From positions 1-64,000 of the IMG/VR virus record IMGVR_UViG_3300025769_014365: a stretch of DNA of 64,000 nucleotides. The stretch is one strand, 5' to 3'. Position 1 is the stretch's first letter; each line of letters starts with the position of its first letter. The stretch is from a virus. The notes beneath the pieces are model-generated. The model was not told the DNA's origin. It searched no databases and was given only the letters and a program-made list of their open reading frames with translations. The translations under genes and the position numbers were made by a program. Shown in pieces: positions 25,950-34,525 of the stretch.

Positions 25950-26712
25950 TCAATTCACACAGATCATTGTTGTAGGCAGGGTCTACAGGATGTCCGCAGA
26001 CCCCTCTTCTGTAACCAGACCAAAACACACTGAAATCATCCATCACAACTTTATCAAGGATATCTTCAGGCACATCATCCTTTGATTGGAAGATGTAGAG
26101 ATCATCTATTTTTCTCTCGGCGGACAAATGCTGTATTCTTTTCAGCACCCTCAAATAGTGTTTCTTGATGTATCCGTCGCGTGTGACGAAGTCGCGATAT
26201 TTTTTCTTGACTCGCTCTATCTCCCTGCCTGATCGTTCGACATCGAACCCAAAATTATCATGCAGTTCCTGGGGTAGCACATTGACCCTGCCATACTCCT
26301 CACTGAATCTCATGTACAGCCTCCCGGGCTCCGGTAATTGGTGTATGGTCAGCTTCTTTTGTGTTGAATTGTGCGGGGTACCTTTGACATGCCGTGAATA
26401 CTCCAACAGGGTACGTGGCAGAGACGCACCTATCTCCGACAGGTTGATCACAGGAATGCCAGTGAGCTTTTGTAGGCGTGCCGGCCAGCTGGCTTCTTGT
26501 TTTTCTTTTTTTTGCCACTGCTTCCTGCTGGTGTTGAGGATCTCTAGACCGTCCATGTTTAGGACATCAAAATTCTGCCTGTACCATTCCACTATGCGAT
26601 CGTCCCTTTCTTGTGCGTTCTGGAAGTTGGGCAACAAGTGGTCATTCATTTCCATGCCTGAGGACAGACTGCATCCCGTGACCACAATTAGATCGTAATG
26701 TTTCGAAGTCAT
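25930..26712 (-). CDS. SGNH/GDSL-hydrolase-like protein, inverted relative to neighbours
   Basis: Block I-like VVTGCSLS, SW...NLSEIGAS, C-terminal GHP; TAAATA 5 nt upstream of the ATG. Confidence 0.6.
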   Translation of the reverse strand: MTSKHYDLIVVTGCSLSSGMEMNDHLLPNFQNAQERDDRIVEWYRQNFDVLNMDGLEILNTSRKQWQKKEKQEASWPARLQKLTGIPVINLSEIGASLPRTLLEYSRHVKGTPHNSTQKKLTIHQLPEPGRLYMRFSEEYGRVNVLPQELHDNFGFDVERSGREIERVKKKYRDFVTRDGYIKKHYLRVLKRIQHLSAERKIDDLYIFQSKDDVPEDILDKVVMDDFSVFWSGYRRGVCGHPVDPAYNNDLCELIIPRLE

Positions 26713-26791
26713 AAGCCTATTTACGGTGAGATACTGTCACAGGAAAAAATCATAAAATTTCTGGTAAATACAGTTGTATAATTTTACACCT

Positions 26792-27082
26792 ATGAGCAGA
26801 CCAAAACCCACAGTGTTGTTACAACACAGTAACAAAACCACCTACAAGATGGACGAGGTCTTGGCGGCCGAGGGCATCTGGGCGGTGTTCTACGATGGTA
26901 AGCCCATCAATTTGAAATCAAGCAGTCTTGTTTCAAACTATCCCGGACCAAAGTACAAGAAGGTTTCGTTCTCAAACCCAGGACACGCGGAGAACCTAGC
27001 CAAGAAACTGAACGCACAGCACAACACCGATAAGTTTGGTGTGTACCTGCTGAAGACCGGCGAAAAATTCAAACGCAAATAA
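26792..27082 (+). CDS. Conserved hypothetical phage protein
   Basis: MSRPKPTVLL...GPKYKKVSFSNPGHA; ATG 26792 preferred, TAAATA at 26765. Confidence 0.75.
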   Translation: MSRPKPTVLLQHSNKTTYKMDEVLAAEGIWAVFYDGKPINLKSSSLVSNYPGPKYKKVSFSNPGHAENLAKKLNAQHNTDKFGVYLLKTGEKFKRK

Positions 27083-27100
27083 CCACCGTTAAATAGCAGT

Positions 27101-27496
27101 ATGGATCGCAAGACCGCATACACACGCACCTTCATGGAACTGTTGGAACAACCAATCCATGACGAGAGCATCAAGACCAACTACTACACTTGGTGGCAGA
27201 ATGTTCGTGAGAGTTACCAAGCCAGAAGTTTACGCCTCACCAAACAGGGATTGGAGATGTTGGAAAATCTGGACATCAAGACCTATGACATAAAATTTCC
27301 AGCCAAGGTCATATTCACCCCTCAGACCTATCTCTGGTTGGATGAATTCGTTGATTGTCCCTACTATGTAGACAAAAAGCACATTAAAGTGACCATGGAG
27401 AAAATGGCTCTACAACTAATGCTTTTCGCTGGAGACATCACCAAATACGGGCTAGCCCGGGCAATGAGCAAGATGGACGAGCAAAAAAGCCAATAA
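27101..27496 (+). CDS. Hypothetical protein
   Basis: 131 aa; SLRLTKQG; TAAATA 5 nt upstream. Confidence 0.7.
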   Translation: MDRKTAYTRTFMELLEQPIHDESIKTNYYTWWQNVRESYQARSLRLTKQGLEMLENLDIKTYDIKFPAKVIFTPQTYLWLDEFVDCPYYVDKKHIKVTMEKMALQLMLFAGDITKYGLARAMSKMDEQKSQ

Positions 27497-27508
27497 AAAC
27501 GCGACTTC

Positions 27509-27543
27509 TGTGCGGTTGACCGCACACACATTCCTGCTATAAT
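27509..27543 (+). promoter_or_regulatory. Promoter TTGACC-N16-TATAAT (extended -10 TG) with inverted repeat over the -35
   Basis: TGTGCGG-TTGA-CCGCACA at 27509-27526; TATAAT 27538-27543; AGGAG RBS downstream. Confidence 0.65.
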
Positions 27544-27577
27544 GATATTATAAACATTTAAAACAGGAGTGTACTAA

Positions 27578-28684
27578 ATGGTAAGAGCAAACAAAAACAA
27601 AGAGGCGGCGGTAGGTTCTCAGAACAGAACAGTATCACCAAACGAGGCAAAATCAGCATTAACACATTGTATCAAACTACAAAGACCCATAATGATGTGG
27701 GGAGCACCAGGTATTGGTAAGTCAGACATAGTCAAGCAGATCGCGGACGCGGAAGGCAGAGAAGTGATCGACATCAGACTTCCATTATGGGAGCCCACAG
27801 ATATCAAAGGTATCCCTTATTACAATTCAAAAGAAAACAACATGGTTTGGGCGAGTCCGGCAGAACTGCCAACTGATCCCAAATCAAACGCCATAGTGTT
27901 CCTGGACGAGTTGAACTCGGCGGCACCGGCTGTACAGGCGGCGGCGTACCAGTTGATCCTTAACAGAAGGGTTGGACAGTACCACCTACCAGAGGGTGTT
28001 TCGATCGTGGCGGCGGGCAACAGAGATTCAGATAAAGGTGTCACTTACAGGATGCCAGCACCGTTGGCCAACAGATTCGTACACGTAGAACTGAGGGTGG
28101 ACTTCGAGGACTGGTTACAATGGGCCACAGAACAGCACGTACACGCGGACGTTGTGGGTTACTGCACATTCGCAAAACAAGATTTATATGATTTCGATCC
28201 AAAAGGGTCATCGAGATCATTCGCGACTCCAAGATCTTGGAGTTTCGTAAGCCAACTTCTATCAGACGACCTGCCAGAAAGTACGCTCACTGACCTCGTA
28301 GCAGGTTGCGTAGGAGAAGGACTGGCCGTTAAGTTTATGAATCATCGTAAAATTAGCGGTCAGTTACCTAACCCGTCTGATATCTTGAGCGGTAAAGTAA
28401 GAGATCTAAAAACAAAAGAAATATCAGCGATGTACTCACTGACGGTTTCGTTGTGCTATGAACTACAACAGGCACACCAGAACGGTGACAAGAAGTGGAA
28501 CGACATGGCTGACAGGTTCTTCAACTACATGATGGACAACTTCGAGACTGAGCTTGTGGTGATGGGTGCCAAGATAGCACTCACGAACTACAAACTTCCG
28601 TTCGATCCTAGCAAGTTGAAATCATTTGATAGGTTCCATAAGAAGTTTGGCAAGTACGTCATAACTGCTATGGAGTCTAAATAA
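27578..28684 (+). CDS. MoxR-like AAA+ ATPase
   Basis: Walker A GAPGIGKS, Walker B VFLDE, AAGN, PLANRF, TPRSW. Confidence 0.92.
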   Translation: MVRANKNKEAAVGSQNRTVSPNEAKSALTHCIKLQRPIMMWGAPGIGKSDIVKQIADAEGREVIDIRLPLWEPTDIKGIPYYNSKENNMVWASPAELPTDPKSNAIVFLDELNSAAPAVQAAAYQLILNRRVGQYHLPEGVSIVAAGNRDSDKGVTYRMPAPLANRFVHVELRVDFEDWLQWATEQHVHADVVGYCTFAKQDLYDFDPKGSSRSFATPRSWSFVSQLLSDDLPESTLTDLVAGCVGEGLAVKFMNHRKISGQLPNPSDILSGKVRDLKTKEISAMYSLTVSLCYELQQAHQNGDKKWNDMADRFFNYMMDNFETELVVMGAKIALTNYKLPFDPSKLKSFDRFHKKFGKYVITAMESK

Positions 28685-29925
28685 TGGACTACAGGGAACA
28701 GAAGATCATAGACAAACTGGTTACGGCGCGGATCGCACTGCTACTGAAACATCCGTTCTTTGGCAACCTGGCGACTAGGTTGAAACTTGTGAACGCTGAC
28801 GACTGGTGTCCAACTGCGGGCACTGACGGCAGGCACTTCTTCTACAACACCAAGTTCATAGATTCACTGACTCCAAAAGAGGCGGAGTTCCTGTTCGGAC
28901 ACGAGGTGCTACACAACGTATTCGAACACATGCTGGTGAGGATTGGTGACAGGGATCCACAACTTTGGAACATAGCGGCGGACTACGCCGTGAACCAGAT
29001 ACTGAAGGATTCAAACATCGGTGAAATGCCAAAAGGTGAGAAGGGCGAGAACAAGGGCTTCCAGGACGACAAGTACAAGGACTGGGCTTCAGAGAGGATA
29101 TACGACGACCTGTACAAGACAGCCAAGAAGAACGGCAAGAAGTTCCTCGAGAAACTGGGCGAGTTAATGGATGACCACCAGGAGTGGGGCAAGGGTGACG
29201 GTGACTCAAAAGACAAGGGCGAAGGGAAAGGCAATAAAGGTGGCAAGGGCAGACCCGTGTACACCAAGGAAGAATTGAAGAAGATCAGGGACGAAGTCAA
29301 AGAAGCGATGGTGTCAGCGGCACAGTCAACAGGTGCCAGCAACCTACCAGGCGCACTACAGAGACTAGTATCACAACTCACGGAACCCAAGATGGACTGG
29401 AGGGAGATACTACAACAACAGATAATGAGCACCATTAAGTCGGACTACACTTGGATGAGACCTTCTAGAAAGAGTTGGCACACATCTGCCATACTGCCAG
29501 GACAGAACAATGACGAGATGATCGATATATGCTTGGCTCTTGACGCGTCAGGATCAATCAGCAATGAACAATGTACCGAGTTCTTGACAGAAGTGAAGAA
29601 CATAATGGACCAATACAAGGACTTCAGGATACATCTTTGGAGTTTTGACACAGAGGTGTTCAACCCTGTGGTGTTCACGCCAGACAACGCAGACGAGTTG
29701 TTGGACTACAAACTGGGTTCAGGTGGTGGTACAGAATTCGAATGTAATTGGAAATACATGAAGGACCAGGGCATAGAGCCCAAGAAGTTCGTGATGTTCA
29801 CGGACGGTTGGCCTTTTGATTCATGGGGTGACGCTGACTACTGTGACACTATATTCTTAATCAACAATCCATACGAGAGGGACATAGAGGCCCCGTTTGG
29901 ACTAACGGTGCAGTACGATGATTAG
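28684..29925 (+). CDS. Metallopeptidase-vWA protein (DUF2201-like)
   Basis: HEVLH, WNIAADYAVN, MIDAS DASGS, GGGTEF, FTDG. Confidence 0.88.
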   Translation: MDYREQKIIDKLVTARIALLLKHPFFGNLATRLKLVNADDWCPTAGTDGRHFFYNTKFIDSLTPKEAEFLFGHEVLHNVFEHMLVRIGDRDPQLWNIAADYAVNQILKDSNIGEMPKGEKGENKGFQDDKYKDWASERIYDDLYKTAKKNGKKFLEKLGELMDDHQEWGKGDGDSKDKGEGKGNKGGKGRPVYTKEELKKIRDEVKEAMVSAAQSTGASNLPGALQRLVSQLTEPKMDWREILQQQIMSTIKSDYTWMRPSRKSWHTSAILPGQNNDEMIDICLALDASGSISNEQCTEFLTEVKNIMDQYKDFRIHLWSFDTEVFNPVVFTPDNADELLDYKLGSGGGTEFECNWKYMKDQGIEPKKFVMFTDGWPFDSWGDADYCDTIFLINNPYERDIEAPFGLTVQYDD

Positions 29926-30028
29926 GATACTTTGGGAAACATTCAAGGATTGGTTCCTCAACGAGGTGTCCATATCCATAATGTGCTTTGGCCTGTTGGC
30001 GATAGCACTGTGGAGTTACATCACATGA
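29918..30028 (+). CDS. 36-aa single-TM peptide (not in ORF track)
   Basis: MIRILWETFKDWFLNEVSISIMCFGLLAIALWSYIT; overlaps the previous stop and is ATGA-coupled to the next ORF. Confidence 0.6.
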   Translation: MIRILWETFKDWFLNEVSISIMCFGLLAIALWSYIT

Positions 30029-30111
30029 GGAATTTTTTCGAAAACCCAATAGTGTTGGCTGTCATAATCGTCAGCATATCACTGTTGATAATGCAGATAG
30101 GGATAGGATAA
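30025..30111 (+). CDS. 28-aa single-TM peptide (not in ORF track)
   Basis: MRNFFENPIVLAVIIVSISLLIMQIGIG; ATGA and TAATG overlaps on both sides. Confidence 0.55.
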   Translation: MRNFFENPIVLAVIIVSISLLIMQIGIG

Positions 30112-30353
30112 TGAGTGACCTTTGGATAGAAGACGTTGAGTACCACAGGGTCAACCTCACCAAGAGATACACCCTGGATGAGGAAGACGTCATAAAAGAA
30201 TTCGGTTCAGTTGAGAAGTTCAAGGAACTGTTCGACACCGAAGACGAACGTGCTAGGCAGTACGTGTACGAAGGCGACTATGAAACAGACGAGGACTGGT
30301 GGACCGCCAACAAGGGTGGATACGAGATAGACACCACGACGAGCTGGGAGTAG
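30111..30353 (+). CDS. Acidic hypothetical protein
   Basis: 80-aa ORF in a coupled run. Confidence 0.65.
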   Translation: MSDLWIEDVEYHRVNLTKRYTLDEEDVIKEFGSVEKFKELFDTEDERARQYVYEGDYETDEDWWTANKGGYEIDTTTSWE

Positions 30354-30356
30354 GAT

Positions 30357-30713
30357 ATGATGATGTTTCCAAACACGAATCCGTATTCAGGCAAACTCGA
30401 GAAAGTTAAAAACCTGAGAAACTGGATGATAGATGCCGCAACAATTCTTTTCGACGACACCAAAAACGATCTGAGGGCACTGCCCAAGACCGTGAGACTA
30501 CAGATATTATTAACCCTTAGTTTCCTTTGGAGCACAGCATTCACTATCTACGTTTGGGGCATCAGGACTGACCTATGGTTGAGTTGGTTCTTGGGACACC
30601 TCGCGGTGATATTCGTTGCATACTACACATTCAAGCAGTTCCACAAGAAACCATACACGATGAAACCTGACCAACAGGAGCCACCCATGTATGACGACGT
30701 TTGGGGGGCCTAG
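30357..30713 (+). CDS. Hypothetical membrane protein (2 TM)
   Basis: LQILLTLSFLWSTAF and GHLAVIFVAYYTF. Confidence 0.7.
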   Translation: MMMFPNTNPYSGKLEKVKNLRNWMIDAATILFDDTKNDLRALPKTVRLQILLTLSFLWSTAFTIYVWGIRTDLWLSWFLGHLAVIFVAYYTFKQFHKKPYTMKPDQQEPPMYDDVWGA

Positions 30714-31073
30714 ATGAGAGACATCTCAAAGATGGACTACTTCCAAAATCTCATGTCAGTTTTGGTGGACAACACCAGGAGGCTGTTCAGGCTACACGGC
30801 AAGGAGTATGAACTGATGCCAGAGGCTCACACCATAAACGCAGAGATGACCAAGACTGGCAACTGGATAGACCACATACCAGGCGGATTCAAGACCATAG
30901 TCCACACCGAACCACAGCAGTTCGTGAGAGAAGCAATAGAGGGTGTGCTACCAGGATACAGGCAACAGGCGATAAAACTGATCGAGCATTTCAGGAACAC
31001 CAGCAAGGCACAAGGACTAGATGCTACTATAGTGGACGAGCACTTTGACAAGGAGTACAGGTATGAGGATTAA
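30714..31073 (+). CDS. Hypothetical protein
   Basis: 119-aa ORF abutting the previous stop. Confidence 0.6.
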   Translation: MRDISKMDYFQNLMSVLVDNTRRLFRLHGKEYELMPEAHTINAEMTKTGNWIDHIPGGFKTIVHTEPQQFVREAIEGVLPGYRQQAIKLIEHFRNTSKAQGLDATIVDEHFDKEYRYED

Positions 31074-31329
31074 TCCCAATAACTTCTTTGGCAGAGAGCT
31101 GGACATATTACCACCACACTTCGTGAACACGGTCGTGAAGACACACGAAGCCAACGTGGAGATGATGCGTAGATGGATCTACGAGAACTGTTCAGGAAGA
31201 TACTCAATTACCAAGGATGTCGTATTCGAGGGTGACACCTCAAGATCAGTCACCGTTCTGGGATTCGAGGAACCCGGAGACCTCACACTGTTCGCACTCA
31301 GCGGAGTGGCCCAGAAGTACTCAAAATAG
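31063..31329 (+). CDS. Hypothetical protein
   Basis: ATG 31063 after AGGAG; WIYENCSGRY...GFEEPGD. Confidence 0.7.
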   Translation: MRINPNNFFGRELDILPPHFVNTVVKTHEANVEMMRRWIYENCSGRYSITKDVVFEGDTSRSVTVLGFEEPGDLTLFALSGVAQKYSK

Positions 31330-31332
31330 TCG

Positions 31333-31388
31333 TTGCTCACCATAATTAATTTTAGTATAATATACGTATATTAATACCAATTGCAATT
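31333..31388 (+). promoter_or_regulatory. Promoter TTGCTC-N17-TATAAT with two palindromes
   Basis: 16-bp palindrome TAATATACGTATATTA (31358-31373) and AATTGCAATT (31379-31388). Confidence 0.6.
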
Positions 31389-31402
31389 AGGAGAAAAACA
31401 AA

Positions 31403-31717
31403 ATGGCAACAAAGAAGAAGAACTTGAAGAAGCCAAGCAAGGCAACTGCCCAACCTACCGCGGCCGCGCAACCGCAACAGGCACCGGCGGCACAACAGGC
31501 TCCACAACCGGATCCAACTGCCCTGTCTATTGGCGATCTTAAGAATCTCTCAACCATACTTGATGTGGCATCCACAAGGGGTGCGTTCAAGGCCAACGAG
31601 ATGGCGGGTGTGGGATTCCTTTACAACAAACTGCAGGCGTTCCTAGCCAAGGTGGCACCGGAACAGAAACCTGAAGAGAACAAAGCGGCGGCCCCGGCCA
31701 CTGCGGAAAGAAAATAA
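31403..31717 (+). CDS. Conserved hypothetical phage protein
   Basis: AGGAG RBS; LSIGDL...RGAFKANEM. Confidence 0.75.
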   Translation: MATKKKNLKKPSKATAQPTAAAQPQQAPAAQQAPQPDPTALSIGDLKNLSTILDVASTRGAFKANEMAGVGFLYNKLQAFLAKVAPEQKPEENKAAAPATAERK

Positions 31718-31718
31718 C

Positions 31719-32276
31719 ATGGCAACACTAATGAACGTGAACAACCAGGCCATGCCAATGGGTGACAACACCGGGCAGGCGGGTGACGGTCAGACCGGTC
31801 CAAAGAGACACTACAAACACATTGGAGAACTAGCAGACGGATCAAAGGCAAAAGTGGTGATCCTGTACAGGACGGTACCAGGTGAGGCTGACAACTGCCT
31901 AGTGGTTGGAACCAAGTTCCTGCCAGACATGTACCATAATGGTCTGATGAAGGCCGTGGAATCAGAGGGCGGACAGGCCGCTGATGAACTAGCGGACTAC
32001 CTGGGTAGGCAGACCTTCGCTGATGGGACTAACATGTTGGCCATGCTACATAATGACAACTACATCAAGAAGTTCAAGACCAAAGAGATCATGGTCACAT
32101 ACGGTAATACCGCAGACGGTAGGATCCTGTTGAACAAGTTGAACGAAATGATAGCAAAGGAGAAGGGCGTAGCCGTTAAGGACCTCGCCAATGATCCAGA
32201 CGCAGTGGAGCAGAAGGCACCAGCCAAGAAAGCAACCAAGAAAGCGGATGCCAAGACGACAGCCGCCAAAGAATAG
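31719..32276 (+). CDS. Hypothetical protein
   Basis: 185 aa with Lys/Ala-rich tail. Confidence 0.75.
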   Translation: MATLMNVNNQAMPMGDNTGQAGDGQTGPKRHYKHIGELADGSKAKVVILYRTVPGEADNCLVVGTKFLPDMYHNGLMKAVESEGGQAADELADYLGRQTFADGTNMLAMLHNDNYIKKFKTKEIMVTYGNTADGRILLNKLNEMIAKEKGVAVKDLANDPDAVEQKAPAKKATKKADAKTTAAKE

Positions 32277-32592
32277 CACTTGGGTACAGTTGACGAAGGA
32301 TTTCGTCAAGGAATGGCCGGAGGTCCTGGAGGGACTACAGTTCCAGAACATGCCGGTCAAGTACCTAATGTACGTGAATATTATCCTCAAGAACAACATC
32401 ACCATACACTACGACATAGCCAAGGAACTTCGAAAGAAGAAGCAGGCCACTATAGCAAAATTTCTCAAAGAGACCATAGAGACACACTACCAGAAGATCA
32501 AGACGGTGGATCTCAAATTTGACATTCCCGCGTTGAAACGGGACATGGAGTCTAGGACTTCTCTGTTAATGGATAAGACTTTTCGAAAGTAG
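32248..32592 (+). CDS. Hypothetical protein, last gene of the + arm
   Basis: ATG 32248; KEWPEVL. Confidence 0.65.
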   Translation: MPRRQPPKNSTWVQLTKDFVKEWPEVLEGLQFQNMPVKYLMYVNIILKNNITIHYDIAKELRKKKQATIAKFLKETIETHYQKIKTVDLKFDIPALKRDMESRTSLLMDKTFRK

Positions 32593-33441
32593 ATCTAAAT
32601 TTTTGGCCACTTCGATGGCATTGTCTACGTCTGATAAGGGTTTTCTTTTATCTCTTACACATTCGACAAATTCTATCAGCTCATTGCGTAGAGGATTTGA
32701 TTCTATGATAAATTGTTCAATTGTCGGCTCATAATTCATTCTATCTTGGTTCCAGATGTTGGTTGTGAGTTTGACTGTTTTCTTTTCTTCGTCCCAAAAT
32801 ATCATGCCCCTGGTGCCAATTATAGCAGTGGTGCGCACCTTTTCGGGATAATACCAACTGAGATTGAATTTCACAGGAATGTTATTACAAGTGAATTCGA
32901 ACTCGTCCCTGTCATTCTGTACCTTTGCACTGAACTTATGCCCAATGTGTTTGACGTTTTTGAACTCATGCGTGCCCAACCAATAGTGTATGATGCTGAC
33001 ATCATGTGGTGCCAGGCTGTGTAAGGTACTGATCTTGGTCTGGAACCGGCCCCAATTCAACCTGTTCATTTCAACATGTTGTATTTCACCTATCCTTGGT
33101 AGCAGTTCTTTAATTTTTCTCACCCTGTCATTGTATAGGAATATGTGTCCCACCATCAATGTCTGTTGTTTTAAAAAACTTTTTATAACACAACAGTCAG
33201 TACACGTCAAAGCCAACGGTTTTTCAACATACAGGTTTTTATCTTTCTGCAGGAGAGATATCGTCTGACTGTAGTGATCCCAAGCGGGTGTGGCAAGTAT
33301 GACATTTTCGAAACTTATGTCATTCAAATCCTTTCCGTCCTTGATATCTATTACCTCTATCTCGTCCACTCCAGGTATGGTTTCCAGTTCTGTTTTGAGT
33401 TTGGATCCCCAGTAGCCCGCTCCCACAAGACTAATTCGCAT
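32566..33441 (-). CDS. Gfo/Idh/MocA oxidoreductase (WlbA/WbpB-like NDP-sugar 3-dehydrogenase)
   Basis: LVGAGYWG, YVEKPLA, MVGHIFLYN, LAPHDVS. Confidence 0.9.
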   Translation of the reverse strand: MRISLVGAGYWGSKLKTELETIPGVDEIEVIDIKDGKDLNDISFENVILATPAWDHYSQTISLLQKDKNLYVEKPLALTCTDCCVIKSFLKQQTLMVGHIFLYNDRVRKIKELLPRIGEIQHVEMNRLNWGRFQTKISTLHSLAPHDVSIIHYWLGTHEFKNVKHIGHKFSAKVQNDRDEFEFTCNNIPVKFNLSWYYPEKVRTTAIIGTRGMIFWDEEKKTVKLTTNIWNQDRMNYEPTIEQFIIESNPLRNELIEFVECVRDKRKPLSDVDNAIEVAKNLDLLSKSLIH

Positions 33442-34525
33442 AGAACTCCTTGATAGATTTCACTATGAAGTCTTGGTGATGTTCAGGAAGAGTGTGGTAA
33501 CATGGCAGACTGACTATGTTCTCACAGATGCGTTCAGTCACGGGTAATTCTGTGCCGTCGGCAAACGCCTTGGTCTTGTGGGTGGGAAATTTGTAGTGTA
33601 TGTTTGTCTGTATTCCTTTTTGTGCCAAAAAATCTTGTAAGTCGTCACGAGTTCCCTCGGGTGTCTCTATAACATAAACGTAGTAGGAGTGTTTTGACCA
33701 TGGTGCTTCTTTGGGGCACTTGACCACTTCCTTCAATTGCTCAGTGTATTTGCGACAAATTAATCTCTTTTTGTCTAACCATTCATCTATCTTTTTCAGT
33801 TTGGCCTGAACGATCACCGCTTGTAGATTGTCTATCCTGGCATTGTATCCCACGGTGTCATACTCGAACTTTGTTTTCCTGCCATGGTCCCTATACATGC
33901 GCACTTTGTCTATCAAATCCTTGTCACCAGTGACAGCACCCGCATCTCCCATGGCACCTAGGTTCTTTACAGGATTGAAACTGAAGCAAGTGAGGTCGAC
34001 TAGGCTTCCAACTTTTTTGCCGTTGTATTCCGCGCCAAAGCTCTGTGCGGCGTCCTCTATCACTGCGAGATTCCACTGCTTTGCGAATTCCATTATCTTG
34101 TCTATGTCCGGTGTTTGTCCATAAAGGTCTACGAAAAGTATGGCCTTGAGCCTGCTGGAGTATATGAGCTGATCTGTGTCTATGTGATAAAATTCATTAA
34201 CGTCGATGAACCTGGGTATCGCTCCTACATTCACAATTGATTCTGTGGTTGATACAAAAGTGTGTCCTACCGTGAGCACTTCGTCGCCTGGTCCGATATC
34301 TAATGCTTTCAAGGCACAAGTTAGCGCGTTCGTTCCCGATCCAATACTGGCACAGTCCTCTGCCCCAGTGTATTCACTGATTGCTTTTTCGAACTTGTCC
34401 ACAGTGGGTCCTGTTATGAAATCGGAACGTGTGATGATGTCCGCTATGGCGGCGTCTATGTCAGACTTGACCTCCTCATACTGAGGATACAAGTCAACGA
34501 ACGGTATTTTCGTATTTTGATTCAT
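33431..34525 (-). CDS. DegT/DnrJ/EryC1/StrS PLP sugar aminotransferase
   Basis: IPFVDL, GSGTNAL, IEDAAQSFGA, FSFNPVKNLGAMGDAG, GYNARID, SLP. Start at ATG 34525. Confidence 0.93.
   Translation of the reverse strand: MNQNTKIPFVDLYPQYEEVKSDIDAAIADIITRSDFITGPTVDKFEKAISEYTGAEDCASIGSGTNALTCALKALDIGPGDEVLTVGHTFVSTTESIVNVGAIPRFIDVNEFYHIDTDQLIYSSRLKAILFVDLYGQTPDIDKIMEFAKQWNLAVIEDAAQSFGAEYNGKKVGSLVDLTCFSFNPVKNLGAMGDAGAVTGDKDLIDKVRMYRDHGRKTKFEYDTVGYNARIDNLQAVIVQAKLKKIDEWLDKKRLICRKYTEQLKEVVKCPKEAPWSKHSYYVYVIETPEGTRDDLQDFLAQKGIQTNIHYKFPTHKTKAFADGTELPVTERICENIVSLPCYHTLPEHHQDFIVKSIKEFYAN

Noticed and set aside
26165-26698. 177-aa + strand ORF that would keep strand continuity
   Set aside because: TTG start with no RBS and no motifs; the minus-strand ORF has family motifs shared with two other genes and a TAAATA element.
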